DNA of 64,000 nucleotides from the human T2T-CHM13v2.0 reference genome, Homo sapiens. Every line of letters begins with the position of its first letter. Within the stretch, counting starts at the first letter, position 1. Positions 28,421 through 43,109 of the stretch are shown here, in pieces. A program made the position numbers and the translations under genes. A model generated the notes under the pieces. It saw only the letters and a program-made list of their open reading frames with translations, made no database searches and had not been told where the DNA came from. The DNA lies in the NCBI RefSeq assembly GCF_009914755.1, contig NC_060927.1. The stretch is one strand, 5' to 3'.

Positions 28421-30091
28421 GACTCTGGCTGGGACTACTTTGCATTTGTACCCCTGAGCCCTGTGGAAGCAGCTAGGCAGAAAACTAGACTGGAGGACTG
28501 GACTTGTGCAGGGAAGAGCTGGGAGATCATGGGGTCAGACAGCTGAAGACACAGGGAGCCCAGGAAGTGTCAGGGACCCAGCTGTCCTCTCCAAACCCCA
28601 GGAGTGGGACCAAGGACTTACTTCCCCAGGGCTACCAAGAGGCAGTCTCCCAGAAGAGCTGCCCTCTGAAAGGGCCCCAAAACATCTTAAGAAACTCAAG
28701 AGGGACTTGCAGGGCATCCTTCCATGAGCTGCCCTCTAGAGGAAGTTGACAGAGAACAGAAAAACCTCCCATCCCTAAAAGTGGGCACATGACAACAGAA
28801 AATGAAGCTGTTGGACATTGAGCTTGTAGAAACAGTATTCTTGGGGGTATCTCATTTTTCCCTTTTCCTCACATGTCTTCATACCCATCGCAGCATGAAT
28901 CCTATTTAAGACAGAATGAAATTAGTATCTCTTTCTGCTTGATATTATCTAAAGGGCAAGAGTAGAAATGCTGGTCTTTGTTTATAGATACCATTAAGAA
29001 ACACATACAAATTCCCAGAGGCAACATTATACGGATGGAAGGTCAGAAAACTCTGAGTGGGAGGTTTAGTCAATTGCAGAAATGCCGAAAAAAATAACCT
29101 GGCTCTCGGATTCCTAGACACAAAGGTACCATTTAAGGAAAGAAGATGATATATACTGCCTCCCAAGTAACTGCCAGCCAGTAGACATTGCCTTGAGCAC
29201 TGGACAGAACAAGTTTAGATCCACCTCTGAAAAACAAACACTTTCAGCTATTTCATGGTAGCTGCCATGTCCCTTAAGCTTTATTCAAACTAAAGGAAAA
29301 CTACACAAAGGAAAAAAGTAGAGTTATATATTTTTAAACTCAGACACATGCTAGCTCTTACTCTTTTTTCTGTAGGCACAGGGGTAATAGACATTAACTC
29401 TGGAAGAAAAGAGATTAAGTGACAAAATTTTGTCTGTATCACAGAAATGAGTAACAGTAACCCTGTTAGCCCTGTGTGCTACAGTGAAAACTAGACAATG
29501 CTGGAGGGTGCCGGTCTGTGCTAGACGACAAGACTAAGCAAGACAGAAAGAGTCCCACTGGAAGGCAGGAGGTGATGGTGAAGGAAGAGAAGAGTGAAAA
29601 GAATGTCGTGTGATCAGGTGAGGATGCAGTACCACTAAGAACCTATCTAGGTTGCCCTGAGTTGCCTATAGGCTAAATCATCAATGTATTGATTGATGCT
29701 CTGGAACCCTATGTGTCTTTTCCCAGAGATTATCATTAATCTTAAAGTTTACCCAACTTTTTTAAACAGAAGCCATGGATATCATGTGGTAAGTAATCAT
29801 GGTAAACTAGTTTTCATAAATGATGTAACGCATTTGATGCTGTGAGGTAAAGTGAAGTTTATTTATACCTCTGAATCTTGAGTGAAATATCATAGACAGA
29901 ATGAGAGAGATGACTCTGTAAAGAAACCAGAACCTGAAAATGTGATCATTTTCCAAGCAGGTGAAAGTTGACTGGTAGGACCAGTTTAGGAGTGGAAGGA
30001 AAGAATGATTATTTAACCTAGCCCAGATGCCTTATGGTTAATATTTAAATATTCCAAGTGGTATCCACTACTTTGATTAGAAATTAAAAGA

Positions 30092-30395
30092 GGCCAGGTG
30101 CGGTGGCTCACGCCTGTAATCCCAACACTTTGGGAGGCTGAGGCGGGTGTATCATCTGAGATCAGGAGTTCAAGACCAGCCTAGCCAACATAGTGAAACC
30201 ACATTTCTACTAAAAGTACAAAAAATTAGCCAGGTGTGGTGGTGCATGCTTGTAATCCCAGCTACTCGGGAGGCTGAGACAGGAGAATCGCTTGAACTCA
30301 GGAGGCGGAGTTTGCAGCAAGCCAAGATCACACCTGCACTTCAGCCTGTGACAGGGCAAGTCTTCGTCTCAAAAAAAAAAAAAAAGAAAAAGAAA
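30092..30395 (+). mobile_element. AluSx-type element
   Basis: ggccaggtgcggtggctcacgcctgtaatccc...atcatctgagatcaggagttcaagaccagcc...; TSD agaaattaaa. Confidence 0.95.
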
Positions 30396-30494
30396 TGAAA
30401 GAAATTAAATGATACCCAGTGTTTTAAATGATAAACGTGTTGGTGTGCTTCTATGTGCCAGCCTATGTTTGGTGTTTTACAAGTATTAGATCTA

Positions 30495-31002
30495 CTAGTT
30501 AGCATACAGACTAAGCTGCTGAAACAAAACCACCGCAAAGTACAGTGGCTTAAACAGGAAAGAAATGTCTTTCTTTTTTGTATAACAGTCCCAAGTTAGG
30601 CAGGCAGTCCCAGACAGGTAGGAAGCTCTGCTCTGCAAGAACATTCAGGGTTCCAGATTCCTCCTCGCTTATTGCTCTGCCATCTCCTAGGGTATTGTTC
30701 TCCTCCATATGGTCAGAGCTGACTCACTACCATCCATCTACTTTCCCACCTGCAGGAAGGGAGAAAAGAGGGGAAGGTGGACAGGAAGCTTCTTTTTATA
30801 AATTGCAGATAATTTAAACATAATTCTGTTCACATTCTATTGAACAGAATCCTAATGGCATGATCATGTCTTCCTCCAAGGGAGGCTAGAAATGTAGCCT
30901 ATAACTGAATAGCCATATGCCTCAGTATAGCTCAAGTCGTAGTGTTATTAAAAGGACAGAGAAGGGGAATAGATATTGGGAGAAAATTTGGAGTCTCCGC
31001 CA
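30495..31002 (-). mobile_element. MLT1 (ERVL-MaLR) solo LTR nested inside an antisense MIR
   Basis: agactaagctgctgaaacaaaacc..cagtggcttaaac...cacattctattgaacagaa...ccaagggaggctagaaatgtagcc; MIR halves at ~30430-30494 and ~31003-31230. Confidence 0.8.
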
Positions 31003-34000
31003 TTTTAACCTCATTGAACTCTTTCCACAATCCTGTATTATAATACTTTAAAAAAAGTTTTAATTTTTTAGATACTTACGGAGGCAATATAATATCTTTA
31101 TAAATGAACAACACACTTGAAGCTGTTAATAATTCTCCCAAGCGCCACAGCAGGAAGTGGCCAAGGTAGAATTCAAACTCAGGTTTTTTTGTCTCGATAT
31201 CCATCTTCCTTCTACCACGCTATGTACAGTGTGCCTAATGAGTCTTACTCCAACAGACAAAGCACATAATATGAAATAAAACTCATGCCATGTGGCTTTT
31301 TTCTTAAAGCCAATGTCTCTTCATAAAATAACAACACCAGCAGAAATATTTGTGTAAGAAAAAAAGTCAGAAACTCCTTTTTAGAAAATAAAAAGTTGAG
31401 GGGAGAGGGAAATTGCAAGGAATTTATTAAAATACCACTACAAAAGATACTTGAAAAAATTTATTTTTCTCCTACCACTATAAAACAATCAATTTTGGTG
31501 GTGTTGACCACAAATCGTATTGGTAAGAATAGAAGGACTCACGTGGAATGACTTTCTTGTTATTGAATATCCATAATAAGCTGGCATGGAACAATCTAAA
31601 ACAGCAATGGGTCTGGTTTGGTAAAGTTGGTGTGATGTGTGCACACACGTACAAACACACACCCTTTATGAAATAGCATTACTGAATCCTGCTATAATCT
31701 TAAATCCCTACACACCTGAATGCGTCTATGTCATGAGATAAACACTCGTAGAATAAAAATTTACTATCCCACACATTCATTAAATTTGCGTAAGCGCTTT
31801 CAAGAATGGAAGGCTCTGCTTGGGGTGGGGTTTTATCCCCTCTTCCTTCCCCTGAAATCAAGAGATATATTTTATAATCTACAGCCAGCTCTCTGGCAAA
31901 TCTCCATTCTTTTCAACCTGACAGACTGTTTGTCAGTTAAACTCCCCTTGTCATGTATCCCTACCACTGCCAACTCATGCACGGAGACCTTCACTTTTAC
32001 TGCTACCACTTGCACCCTATGCAACCTTTGTCATTGATCACTGATCCGATCCAGTGCCCACATGTTCTTCAAGTGCCTACACAAGTAATGAGGTACTTGT
32101 GGTGTAAAATTAAACTGTCAACTGTCAGCGATTGATAACCACAGTGAGAGCTGACCTAGAACACCTGCACCAGTGGCCAAGACAGGTGTGACGTGTTTGA
32201 TCGCTGAGGCCTGCTAGTCAGTCTGACCTGGTGCTGTCCCTCCATGGGTTTCCTTGCATTTCAGCCTCCCAGCTTTCCTGCATACCCCTATGAGCATCCC
32301 TAGTTTGCAGAAACCACCCTCACAGCCAATTCGGGCAGCTGATCAGAGTGGCCTTGAAAGCAGATCTCGAGTCAGTAGGTTGGTTTGAAAGTAATATGAC
32401 CTAGAGATTTTCAAAGGTGGCATCTGGAGTCAGCCTGGTGTTTTTTCTTCCACATTTCCCCACATCCCCTCCTAAAGCGAGTCTTGGTGGCAGGATTCAC
32501 ACATACCATCCTCCCTCCATTTGTGTTTCCAGTCATGTACCAGTGCCTGGCAAAAGGACCTTCCCTTCAGGGCAGGCACACGGCAGTTATTAAGAGTCTG
32601 GTGTAAGGATGAAGCAGTCCTAATGGAACTGCCTTATGGCTCTGAGCATTTGCTTAAAGGCATTTAAGTTGAACTGGCTCACGTTCTGTTAAAGTACGAT
32701 AAATGCAAGCTTTTCTTACTCATATGTAATTGAATAACCTGCACAAAGGAAAAAAACATGTTCTGCTCTGACTAAAATTGTTTTTAGCCAGAGTTGTTGC
32801 ACAGCATTTAAAGTTTTTATTTAACAGTTTTATTATGTAAATGAGTAATAGATTTTTTTAGCCTTAAGCAAAAATGCACTTACAGACCTAAAACATCCTT
32901 TGTGAAAAATCTGAGACGCGTGATGGGATTCTCATCCCATTACGCCATCTCACCCGCACCAAACAGTTGCACTATATTAAGTTCATGTGATGAGAAGATA
33001 AAAATCTATTAACTTTCTGCTGACCTTATCGACACAGGAATCTCTGCAGACATTACAAAAGCCATATCTCTTCTGACTTTTACATCCAGAGCCTCATGCT
33101 CCAAAGTCCCAAACCAAATGTAAAATCTTCATGATGAGTGGGACCCTGACACCAATTCAGATTCCAGGCTTGCTGGCTTGCAGTCAATGGAGCCTCCTCT
33201 GGGGCACAGAGGCTAGCCTCTACTTTGCATGTGACTTGAGGGGCCTTTTTTTTGCCATATGCTACTGGGGACTCTGAATCAAAACTATTTCATGAGGACC
33301 ATATGTTATGAGAAATGCATGATGGAAAGTGAACAGCAAAAAGTTGCCCCATATCACTGGGTGATGTATTACAAACATAATTAAATCTGAATAATGTGCA
33401 GTGTTATTTCAGTTAATCATTTTTTTTTTTTTGCAATTTAAGTGAGGAAAACATAGCCCAATTTCCAAATTACATACCAAAGTCCAGATAAGCTAAAGCA
33501 GATTGGTGGGAGAGGAGTAAAACAAGAGCTGTACACCCTTGTTTAAGCTTCTGTAAAAGGTCTTGGTGTATTTAAGATATGTTGGTAGGAAGGTGACAAA
33601 TTATAGTCTCTGTAAATAAAAGGTTTAAAACACTATTCGTTTTCTTTTGAATCAACAATGAATTCAGACCATCCCCAACTTATAAACAAGCAGCAAGTCA
33701 AAAAGATCACTGTGTGTTCATTGTTTAGAATCCAGAGTATAATTAAAATTTCATTATTAATAGCTATTAGGTTTCCAAGCTAGCCTATGAAGACCTGTCT
33801 ACTCCAGCTGTTTCTGAAATGTGGTATTTCTACTTTATCTTGATAGCATTAGTTACAGGGAGAATGGACAACATATTCCAAATTCAATGGAATTTATTTA
33901 TTCATTCTCTACTATGTTTTCCCAGAATATACTGATTACTACATTTCCCCAAAGGATATCCCAATTTCCCAAATGTCCCCAAGCTGGAAGAAATCATTTT

Positions 34001-34339
34001 CTATTCTGAACCCTTGGAATACTTTATTTGTACTCTTATAATCACCTTCTACCTAAACTACAGGTTTTTGTCAATTGAGCTTAACTACTCCACTTATTTT
34101 TATATTTTTATATTACTAGCTTATTTTTACATTTCTAACACCCTAGTTCCAAGCCCTGAATTTGGCAAGTTCTCAGTACATATATATGTATAAAAGTGGA
34201 TGCCTATGTAAATAAAGGAATACGATCTACTAGGGTTGCCAAACATATTTTCCCCTCAGTGGCACTGGAATCATGGGATGTAATGGGGGAAAGGGAAGAA
34301 TATGATAATGATAATGACAATGATGAGAATGAGGATGAT

Positions 34340-34458
34340 AATAGCAAATAATATTGTGTGTTTACCATGTGACATGCTCTTGTCTAAGCACTTTGAAAGT
34401 GTTGACCAATTTAATCCTTGAAACAACTCTGTATGGTAAATGATATATATGTAATGTT

Positions 34459-34493
<35 letters not shown>

Positions 34494-34600
34494 ATATCCC
34501 TATTTTACAGATGGGATACTGAGCACAGAGGCGTCAAACAATTTTCCCAAACTCATACAAATAGTAAGTATAATAGATATTTCTGGACACCAGAAACATA
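34340..34600 (-). mobile_element. MIR SINE interrupted by (GT)15
   Basis: tttaccatgtgacatgctcttgtctaagcacttt...tttaatcct..aacaactct...atccctattttacagatgggatactgagcacagag; GT run 34461-34490. Confidence 0.85.
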
Positions 34601-34739
34601 TTTGCTGTGTACATGTGCATAAGAGGGAATGCTTCCCTACATTACTCCAGAATACAAAGCTTCTTTCTGCCTTTCTCATCCACATAATGGAAGACACTTC
34701 TTGGGTGAAATACTCCACAGTTATTTCAGTTCTCACTGG

Positions 34740-34866
34740 TGAGTCTGAATATAAGCTCTATGAGAGCAGGGACCTTGTCAGTCTTATTCACAATATCCCC
34801 AGCCTCTAGAACAAGGCTGGCACATAGTAGATGCACAAAAGGTGTTTGCTGAATGAATGGATGACT
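34740..34866 (+). mobile_element. L2 LINE 3' end
   Basis: ataagctctatgagagcagggaccttgtc..cttattcac..tatccccagcctctagaacaaggctggcacatagtag..gtttgctgaatgaatgg. Confidence 0.88.
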
Positions 34867-35866
34867 GAGTCTGTGTGGGGTAATGATAGGGCTAAGGATG
34901 GGACTCTAAACTCAGGTTTCCTCTGTGGGTTTCACAGTTTACTGGTCTTAAGAGGAGAGTTTCCTAAACTTGCCTTATGATAAAAACCACCTTCAGCATT
35001 TGTTAAAAATTACCCATTCCTGTAGATTCTGAGTCAGTGAGCTGAAGTGGAGCTGATAAATCTGTTTTTGTTGATACTGCTGCTGCTGCGGTTTTTAACA
35101 CATGCTTCAGGTGGTTCTAAGCTTAGGAAACCTTGCCCAAAGGATACCATTCTGTCTCTTGGGAAACTGCCTCTATGATAGGCATTTGCAAATTCACCAA
35201 GAGTGACAGATAGTGCCTCGGGCACTGCCACTGTCTCTTCCAATGCAATTTGTACATTATGCCGAATCATAATACAGGCCTTGTACTTCTGCCTCAGCTG
35301 ACTTGTCTGTGGGATCCTGCAGCTCTCAACCATGCGGAGGAACGCTTCCATTCACACATTTTGTCCCCCTAACCCTGTCTTTTCTGAGGGTGCATCAATG
35401 TCTGATGAATGAATGAATGATGGAATAAACACCAACATGGGCAAACAAGCAAGTCAGGCAGTTGTGAGGAGTGGAAGTGTTTCATAAGCTTCAGTTTTTA
35501 GTTGCACGTAGTAGCATACAAACAATGGCAAAAAGAATATTAACATGTCCTGTTTCCATTGCTTTCCTTCTGACTTAAAGAGCGTTCCTATAACAGCTAA
35601 TAATCTCTGGACCTCAAAATCACTATATATCTTTTTTAAAATATTTTATTTTCCTTAGTTATAATGGAACAGATATGGTGACCTTAGTACCCAAAGGATT
35701 ATTTTAGTCTTACAGATATCTCTCTCTTCCTTATTCTCATTTTTATTCTTCTTTCTTCCCCCAGTCTGATAATTATGTCCAGAAATCAGTAAAGAACATC
35801 AATCTTGGTTGGGATAAATTTAAGTAGCTGGAAATCATAATATCTATGATCCTCCAGAGTCTAGAA

Positions 35867-36098
35867 CACGGTTTCTAAATCTCAACGCTATTGACATTTT
35901 GAGCCAGATAATTCTTTGTGATGGGGAGCTGTCCCGTGCATTATAAAATATTGAGCAGTGTGTCCCTGGCCTCTACCCAGTAGGTGCTAGTAGCCAACCT
36001 CCCGAATCTCTAGTTATGAGTTATGACAACCAAAAATTTCTCCAGATATTACTAAATGTCCCCTGGGAATCAAAATAACTCCCAGTTGAGAATCACTA
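35867..36098 (+). mobile_element. MER20 hAT-Charlie MITE, full length
   Basis: ctattgacattttgagccagataattctttgtg..gggagctgtcccgtgcatt...gacaaccaaaaatttctccaga..aaatgtcccctggg..gttgagaatcact; 8-bp TSD gtctagaa/atctagaa. Confidence 0.93.
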
Positions 36099-37729
36099 AT
36101 CTAGAATGATTTTTTAAAACAATGTGCTTTTTAACATATTAGTCGATATTTGGTATTTATGTTAAAGGATATATTAATCAAAGTTGCTTGAACATCAAAC
36201 GAAAATATGGACATAATTTCTTAAAGAAATTGTTGGTTCAAAAGAATCATGGCTACCCCTTTAGATGTGAAGTTCAAGAGATATCAGGCAGAAGCTGAAA
36301 TGGAATCTTGACATTGCTGAGATTTTACAAAAAAATTTGAAAGGAGGGTGAGCTTGAAGACTAACTAAAATGTCTCACTTTTGGCAAAAACATCCAAAGT
36401 GTAATGCACTTTGCCAACAGCTTTGCCCTTGGCTTTTTGTCTTGTTTTTTCTTTTTAACTTAAGGGTAGTTCAAGGGTAGTTTTAATCTGTATGTTCCTG
36501 GTTCCTATAATCTAAAAATCATCCAAATGCTGTTTTATAAGAGTATCTCGTAAGCTTTGATGTCCAAGAAGCCTGGGGGCCCTTTTTTTATGTGCTTATT
36601 TTCTTTTGAACCAGGAAATTGTGTTTTGCCAAGAGCAAATGGAACTTGAGCCTCAAAAGATTTGAGCTCTGTTTGAAACATAGAACCCACAAATTCTCTA
36701 CAGGTTCTCAACTTGATAAAATACGTGCTTTCACCTTCCCTCAGACCAAACCTCTGCTGGTTCTACTTTAAATCACCATTAGCACTGTCCTATACACCTA
36801 AAGATTTCCCCACAAGAGAAAGGGTTAGGCCGTAAGTCTGAATTCCTGACACAACACTATTTTCAGCTGGACTCATCATCAAAATGCTCTGCAAGGTAAG
36901 AGAAGAGAAGTTAAATGAGAAGACAGAGAAAAGGTGAGAGATTCAACTAAGTAACTAAGAAAGTCCTTTGACTTTCCCCAGGACCAAATCCAGCAAACAA
37001 GAGATTACATCAAAGTTAAATTGTTTACATATTAGATGACCTGTTCATTTTTTTCCTTACCATTGATTTCCACAGTACAAAAATATTATTTCAGTGGCAA
37101 GGATGTAAACCTTATTCATAACAGGATTTCAACCACATCCTGAGAACGAAGCATCTCCTTAGATAGTGTGCTCTCATTTATATCGAAGACATGCTGGTTT
37201 TATTTGTCAGTGTTTGTTGAGAGGTCACAATATCAGGAAGCAGGAGATGGCTCATCAAAGCGTCTCTGCAAGCCCCTACTACTCATCAATTAGACAGCAC
37301 CTTGTTTTTAACATCGGGGCGGAAATGCATCTCCCCTGACCCATTGTTAGAAGCTTCCTTCTGTCTTTAAGTTTTTTGGAAGGGACACTCAGGACTCGAC
37401 TTCTTTTTTCCAATAGGTAATTGTCACTAATTAATGCTCCTGCTGCATACAAGAATGTGGACCTGTGACCCTGAGTAATCTGGGTCTGTATCTCTGGCTT
37501 TGGAGCAAGGACACTCTAATCTCCTGACTCTAACCATGGGGGCCCAGGTCACAGACACAAGACTTCCCGCTGGGTTCCTGAGCAGGCCTTACTCTGCTTC
37601 AAAGCCAGTGAGTTCAGTGGGGCAGCCTGACTTCAAGGAGAATGTGGCATCTGGCCAGTGAATACCTTCTGAGGTGAGATGTTTTCTCTGAAGGTCTGGA
37701 GATCTTTCTGCAGAAACCAAGGTCTCTAG

Positions 37730-37845
37730 CTCTATTCATTCCACATTCATTTACTGGGTACCTGTTCTGTGCCAGTCTCTCACCTAGGCACGGAGGATAA
37801 AATGAGTAAAACAGAGTCCCTTCTGCTGACAAGGAACTAGAACTA
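37730..37845 (-). mobile_element. L2 fragment
   Basis: ttcattccacattcatttactgggtacctgttctgtgccag...aaatgagtaaaacagagtccct..gctgacaaggaact. Confidence 0.75.
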
Positions 37846-38027
37846 GGCTCAGTCTTAGCCCCTTGTTAAAATACCCTTTAAAGTGTAACTAGATAAGGTG
37901 GTCTTATGTTCCATCTTTTAGATCTAATGTTTTTGTTTAATGGTGCTTGTTATTTTCTCATTAATAAAAACTGATGAGCTCACATATGCATTAATTCATC
38001 TCATTTCACCATAAGATTCTTCATTCA

Positions 38028-38130
38028 CTTTCCCTCCCTTCTCCTCTCCTCTCTTTTCTTTTCTTTTTCTTTTTTCTTTTTTTTTTCTCTCTCTCTCTCT
38101 TTCTCTCTCTCATCTCTTTCCCACACACAC
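38028..38130. repeat. Polypyrimidine simple repeat
   Basis: ~95 bp of C/T only, then (ca)n. Confidence 0.9.
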
Positions 38131-38662
38131 AAACTAAAGCATGGGAATTTCTGATGAGCATAAGACTCAGAATGACTCCAGGATAAAAATATATCTCTTT
38201 CCCATACTCTTAACAAAATACTAGATCACTGAGGATGCCTGTCCAAAATTCCTCCCTCACTTAAACAGAGCTTTAGGTTTTCCTTTTCCTCTAGTGAAGA
38301 TCTTTCTCCAAAACCGAGCCTAGCAACTACCCTCATGCATATACACCACTGGATTAATTTCAAATCAATAAAAATGATATAAACAAATGCCCAACATTAA
38401 AAAACAATAAGGAAACTCTGGACTTCAAAATAGTTAAACAAAAGGCTGGTTATTTTTAAAATAGTCTTCATATTACAAATGTCGGATTCCTTTGAATAAA
38501 TCTGGCCCGGATTCCTTTTTAAACATTTATGGCTGCTTGATTTCCACGGTTCAAGAACCTATCACTACTAAAGAAATAAGCTACAACCATGTATTATGTA
38601 ATTAAACAGGCCTAAGTGATAGAAACAAATCTACCAGGTAATAAGCAGTGAGCTCTGCACAA

Positions 38663-38787
38663 TTCTTTAAAAAAAAAAAAAGACGGTCTCTCACTATTTC
38701 GCCCAGGCTGGTCTCAAACTCCTGGCCTCCTCCTGCCTCAGCTTCCTGGGCAGCTAGGATAAAAGGCATGAGCCCACACACCCAGTT
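38663..38787 (-). mobile_element. FLAM-type Alu monomer
   Basis: agacggtctctcactatttcgcccaggctggtctcaaactcctggcc...ggcatgagcc; TSD agctctgcaca at 38651-38661 and 38789-38799. Confidence 0.88.
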
Positions 38788-38844
38788 AAGCTCTGCACAC
38801 CTCTTTTTGGGTTATACTGCTAGTGCACCCGCTTCGGGAAGACA

Positions 38845-39060
38845 GCACAGCACAGCACATAGAAAGACTCAAGCTGGGCTGCTAAGTTCAAGTCCTTCTC
38901 CTCCACCAAGTTCAGCAAGTTATCCAATCTGTCTTTGCCTCCATTTTCTTATCTGTAAAATGGGGGGTTAATAATCATATATTAGATGAGTTCACATCTC
39001 TAAAGCGTCTAGAAAGTTTCTAGCCCATAGTAAGCACTATACAAGTGCAAATACTAATAC
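38845..39060 (+). mobile_element. MIR SINE
   Basis: gttcaagtcc..ctccacc..agcaagttatccaatctgtctttgcctccattttcttatctgtaaaatgggg..ataat..agcccatagtaagcact. Confidence 0.82.
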
Positions 39061-40223
39061 ATGTTTATAAAACACATAGGCTCACAAATACATGACCCTA
39101 TACTTAAAGGAAAAGCAGGCTAGAGAGATGTTGGAAATAGTTGTTAAATTGGCTTAACTTTCTCAGGACACCTTGTACCCACCACGTTCATGTCTCCTCT
39201 AGCCAACTATAAAGTTATTAACACAAGAACCCTGTCTTATTCATCACAGTATCACCCACAGGGGCTGAGACAGTGCTTACACAGAAATGGCCCTTGATAA
39301 AATATGGGCTGAATGAATGAACATATGAATTTGATACTTTGAGAACTAAATTAAAAGTTATTTCTACTAGCATTTTTAACACAAGAACTATTGAGATTAC
39401 TTATATATTAGTAGTAAAATGTTTGCTTTATTCATTTGATTGCAAAACTTATAATGAACTCAGTGAAACTTGTCCACCTTTTTCTACATGTTGAAATTTT
39501 CAAAAATCCATAAGATTACTCCTCACACACACACCTCCAAGTATCCATAGAGATGGACCTACTTCATACCATTATATTCATAATCCAATTATTTCTAGAA
39601 ATCCCATTGATTTCAGGGAACTGAATTTGATAGCCAGGAGGCATTCCACTGGCTTCTTAAAGGACATTATTGGTTTTCATTTTGTTTTGTTTTGATTTCA
39701 ATTGCAACTCAAACAATGAATCTTCCAAAGATGGTTACCCTCACTCTACAAAAGTGCTAAGTTAATATTCTTTAAAATAAATACAAGCATTTCTTGGACT
39801 AGATACCATCAACTTTAATTTTATTTTTCTCACATAAATGTTAACCAAAAACTAAATGATAATTTCCTTCTGTCACACAGCAATTCCACTGTGGTGGAAC
39901 AAAGTGTTATCTCAAGTTTCACAGAGCAATTGTTCAATCATTCCTGTTGGTGGCTCCTTTCCAAATCTTCGAGAATGGCCCAGCCAGCCAGCCCTTGAAA
40001 CTGGGAGTGGGAGGCAGAGGGGGAGTCGCTGTCAGTAAGAGCTCAGCTCTGTGGCATACTGGCTGGTTCTCCCCCAGGAGCATCTCCTACCCATGAGGAC
40101 AATGCCCAAAGCATGCTGCCTGCTTGGGGACAATTGCTGGGAAACCTCTAAACATTGAACTTGTGCAAAGGAGGCATGGAGGCATCAAGGAAAGCTTCAT
40201 CTCACCCTATTTTGGTGAATTAA

Positions 40224-40601
<378 letters not shown>

Positions 40602-41314
40602 AATTTATTCCTTATAGTTGAAAAGCAGTAACAAAGATTTCGGCTTCACTGAAAGAAAACATTGTTCAAACTACATCACCTACCTCCTGCTAAAAATCAT
40701 CTACAAAGCCACCCTTTAGAGTTGGGTCAATTAATCTTTCTAGATAGACTGCTCAAAGAGGAAGGGAAATTCTGATACATGTTTTCCTACCAACTTCCAC
40801 ATACAGATGAAGTAGGTTTGTTGAACCTTAGATGCATAGAGCTCTGAGCCCATTTATGATACCAAATCTGTTTGTAACATAAATCAACCAAATGTTGGAA
40901 TTAAAATGAGTATAGAATAGCTTAAAGTTAATAATCAATTCTATTCTCCAATTCCTTGTAAGTCTTGAAAGTTTGTGACACAACAGAAACTAGGGTTATA
41001 TCTCTATTTTCATTGTATTTTCTTCGCCCTCCCACAAAACTAGGAGCAATTAGTCAAACCCAGTATATTTTTTTAAGATATGGGAGTGGCTTTGTAGAAG
41101 AATGGCTTTCCCCCTCACAAAAAAGTCTAGACTTCTTCAATTAAAAGATAAAGAAAATTAAAAGACCCCTAACAGAGGTAGGACCATAGGTAATTATTAT
41201 TTTTTATGTATTTCTATATTTTTATAACCTTACAATAAAAGTAAATCATTTGCATAATGAATATTTGTGTGTTTGTGAATGTTCATGTGCACCCAGAAGG
41301 AGTCTTGACCTGAC

Positions 41315-41455
41315 TTCAATGTTTACATAAATCACCTGCGAATGTTGTTAAAACTCAGATTCTAGTTCAGTAGATCTGAGATGGGCCTGAGAGTCTGCAT
41401 TTTTAACAGGCTCCCAAGTTACTGGTCCATAGACTATACTTTGAGTGGCAAAGTA
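41315..41455. mobile_element. MER5-type MITE fragment
   Basis: aatcacctgcgaatgttgttaaaactcagattct..ttcagtagatctgagatgggcctgagagtctgcatttttaacaggctccca..actttgagtggcaa. Confidence 0.8.
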
Positions 41456-42338
41456 TACTGTATAGTGCTTGTCTGATTAAAAGTTCCACTAGGTGTCTTC
41501 TTTCCTGCCAGTCCAAATGAAGTTAAGAAACTTGACCCCAACACTTTAGAGCAACAACCAAAGCAGAGTTAGAGAAAAGCTGACATCACTTATAAAACTT
41601 GGTCTGCGGTGCCTTTGGTTTTTCTCTTCTTTGAGCAACTTTGGTCTATAAAGACTTGTCCCCTACCTCATATTGGCCAGAATCTAGCAGCTAATGGGAG
41701 GGGCGGGATTATAAAGGGAGAAAATTTCATACTGATAATTGTTTTAGCCAAAGAATGGGTAGCCCACCTGCCATCAGAGTCTATACCAACCATTTAGAAC
41801 CATGAAGAGAGTTTCAGGCCCTGAACTCCTGAGCCTTGACCAGCCCTGGGACACTTCTTAGAACAACTGTCTCCCCTCTCCTGTCTCAGGTGAGTGGATC
41901 TTTATTCTTCATAACCTTGGCTCCTCAACCCTCAGCTCCTTTGCACTGAGCTCTTTCCAAGCTTTCTCCTCCTTCATAGCTCCCAGGCAGACCCTAGACT
42001 TTTCTTCCTCTCCTCCTTAAGCTTCTTTGTCTTCCCTTTCAGTGCCATCAAAATGAGATCACAACTTCAGATCTATCATTGCATCTAGTCCCAATATGGG
42101 GCCATGGCATATAGTTAATCCCATTTTAGAAACAAAGACATTTCCACATAGAAATAATAAGTGACTTGTCTAAGAAGGCCCAACAAATAGGTGTCAAGGT
42201 GAGTTTGAACCACACACACTTCCTTTCGTTTACTCCCACTAGCCCTTCATATCTCAACCAGATTATATTTCATAATGGCCCAGTAGCTTTTTACATAATT
42301 TGTCACTTCAGTTCACTTTATCAAAAATAGAAAAAATA

Positions 42339-42659
<321 letters not shown>

Positions 42660-43109
42660 TCATTAAACAACAACCGATAAATTTCACCATGGCTTACACC
42701 CACCTAAAAAAATCAGAATAATTCTGGTTTAGTAATATTAATTTGCCTTTTGCTTCCCCACTGTATGTGAGATATAGAGCATAAATCAATTAAATATTTG
42801 CTCAGTATTAGTAATAAAAAATACGTGAGCATTTCTCAAAGAAGATAGTAAAATCTAACACAAACTATAAAGTAGGCATTATACCTAAAAGCCACCGTCC
42901 TCTAAGAAAAAAGACAGTTGTTTCTTCTGCTTAGTAGCAGCATTTTGTTGAAGCTGGTAATCTGTCATCTAAACATTTAAAAAAAAAAAAAAGTCCACTC
43001 TTTTCTACTAAAGAGAAACAGCTATAAAAACCAAACCAGATTGAAGCTAACAGCAACTGGCCTGCAAAATATGGTGGCATTTTCACAGTTAATTTTGCTG
43101 CCATTTGTA

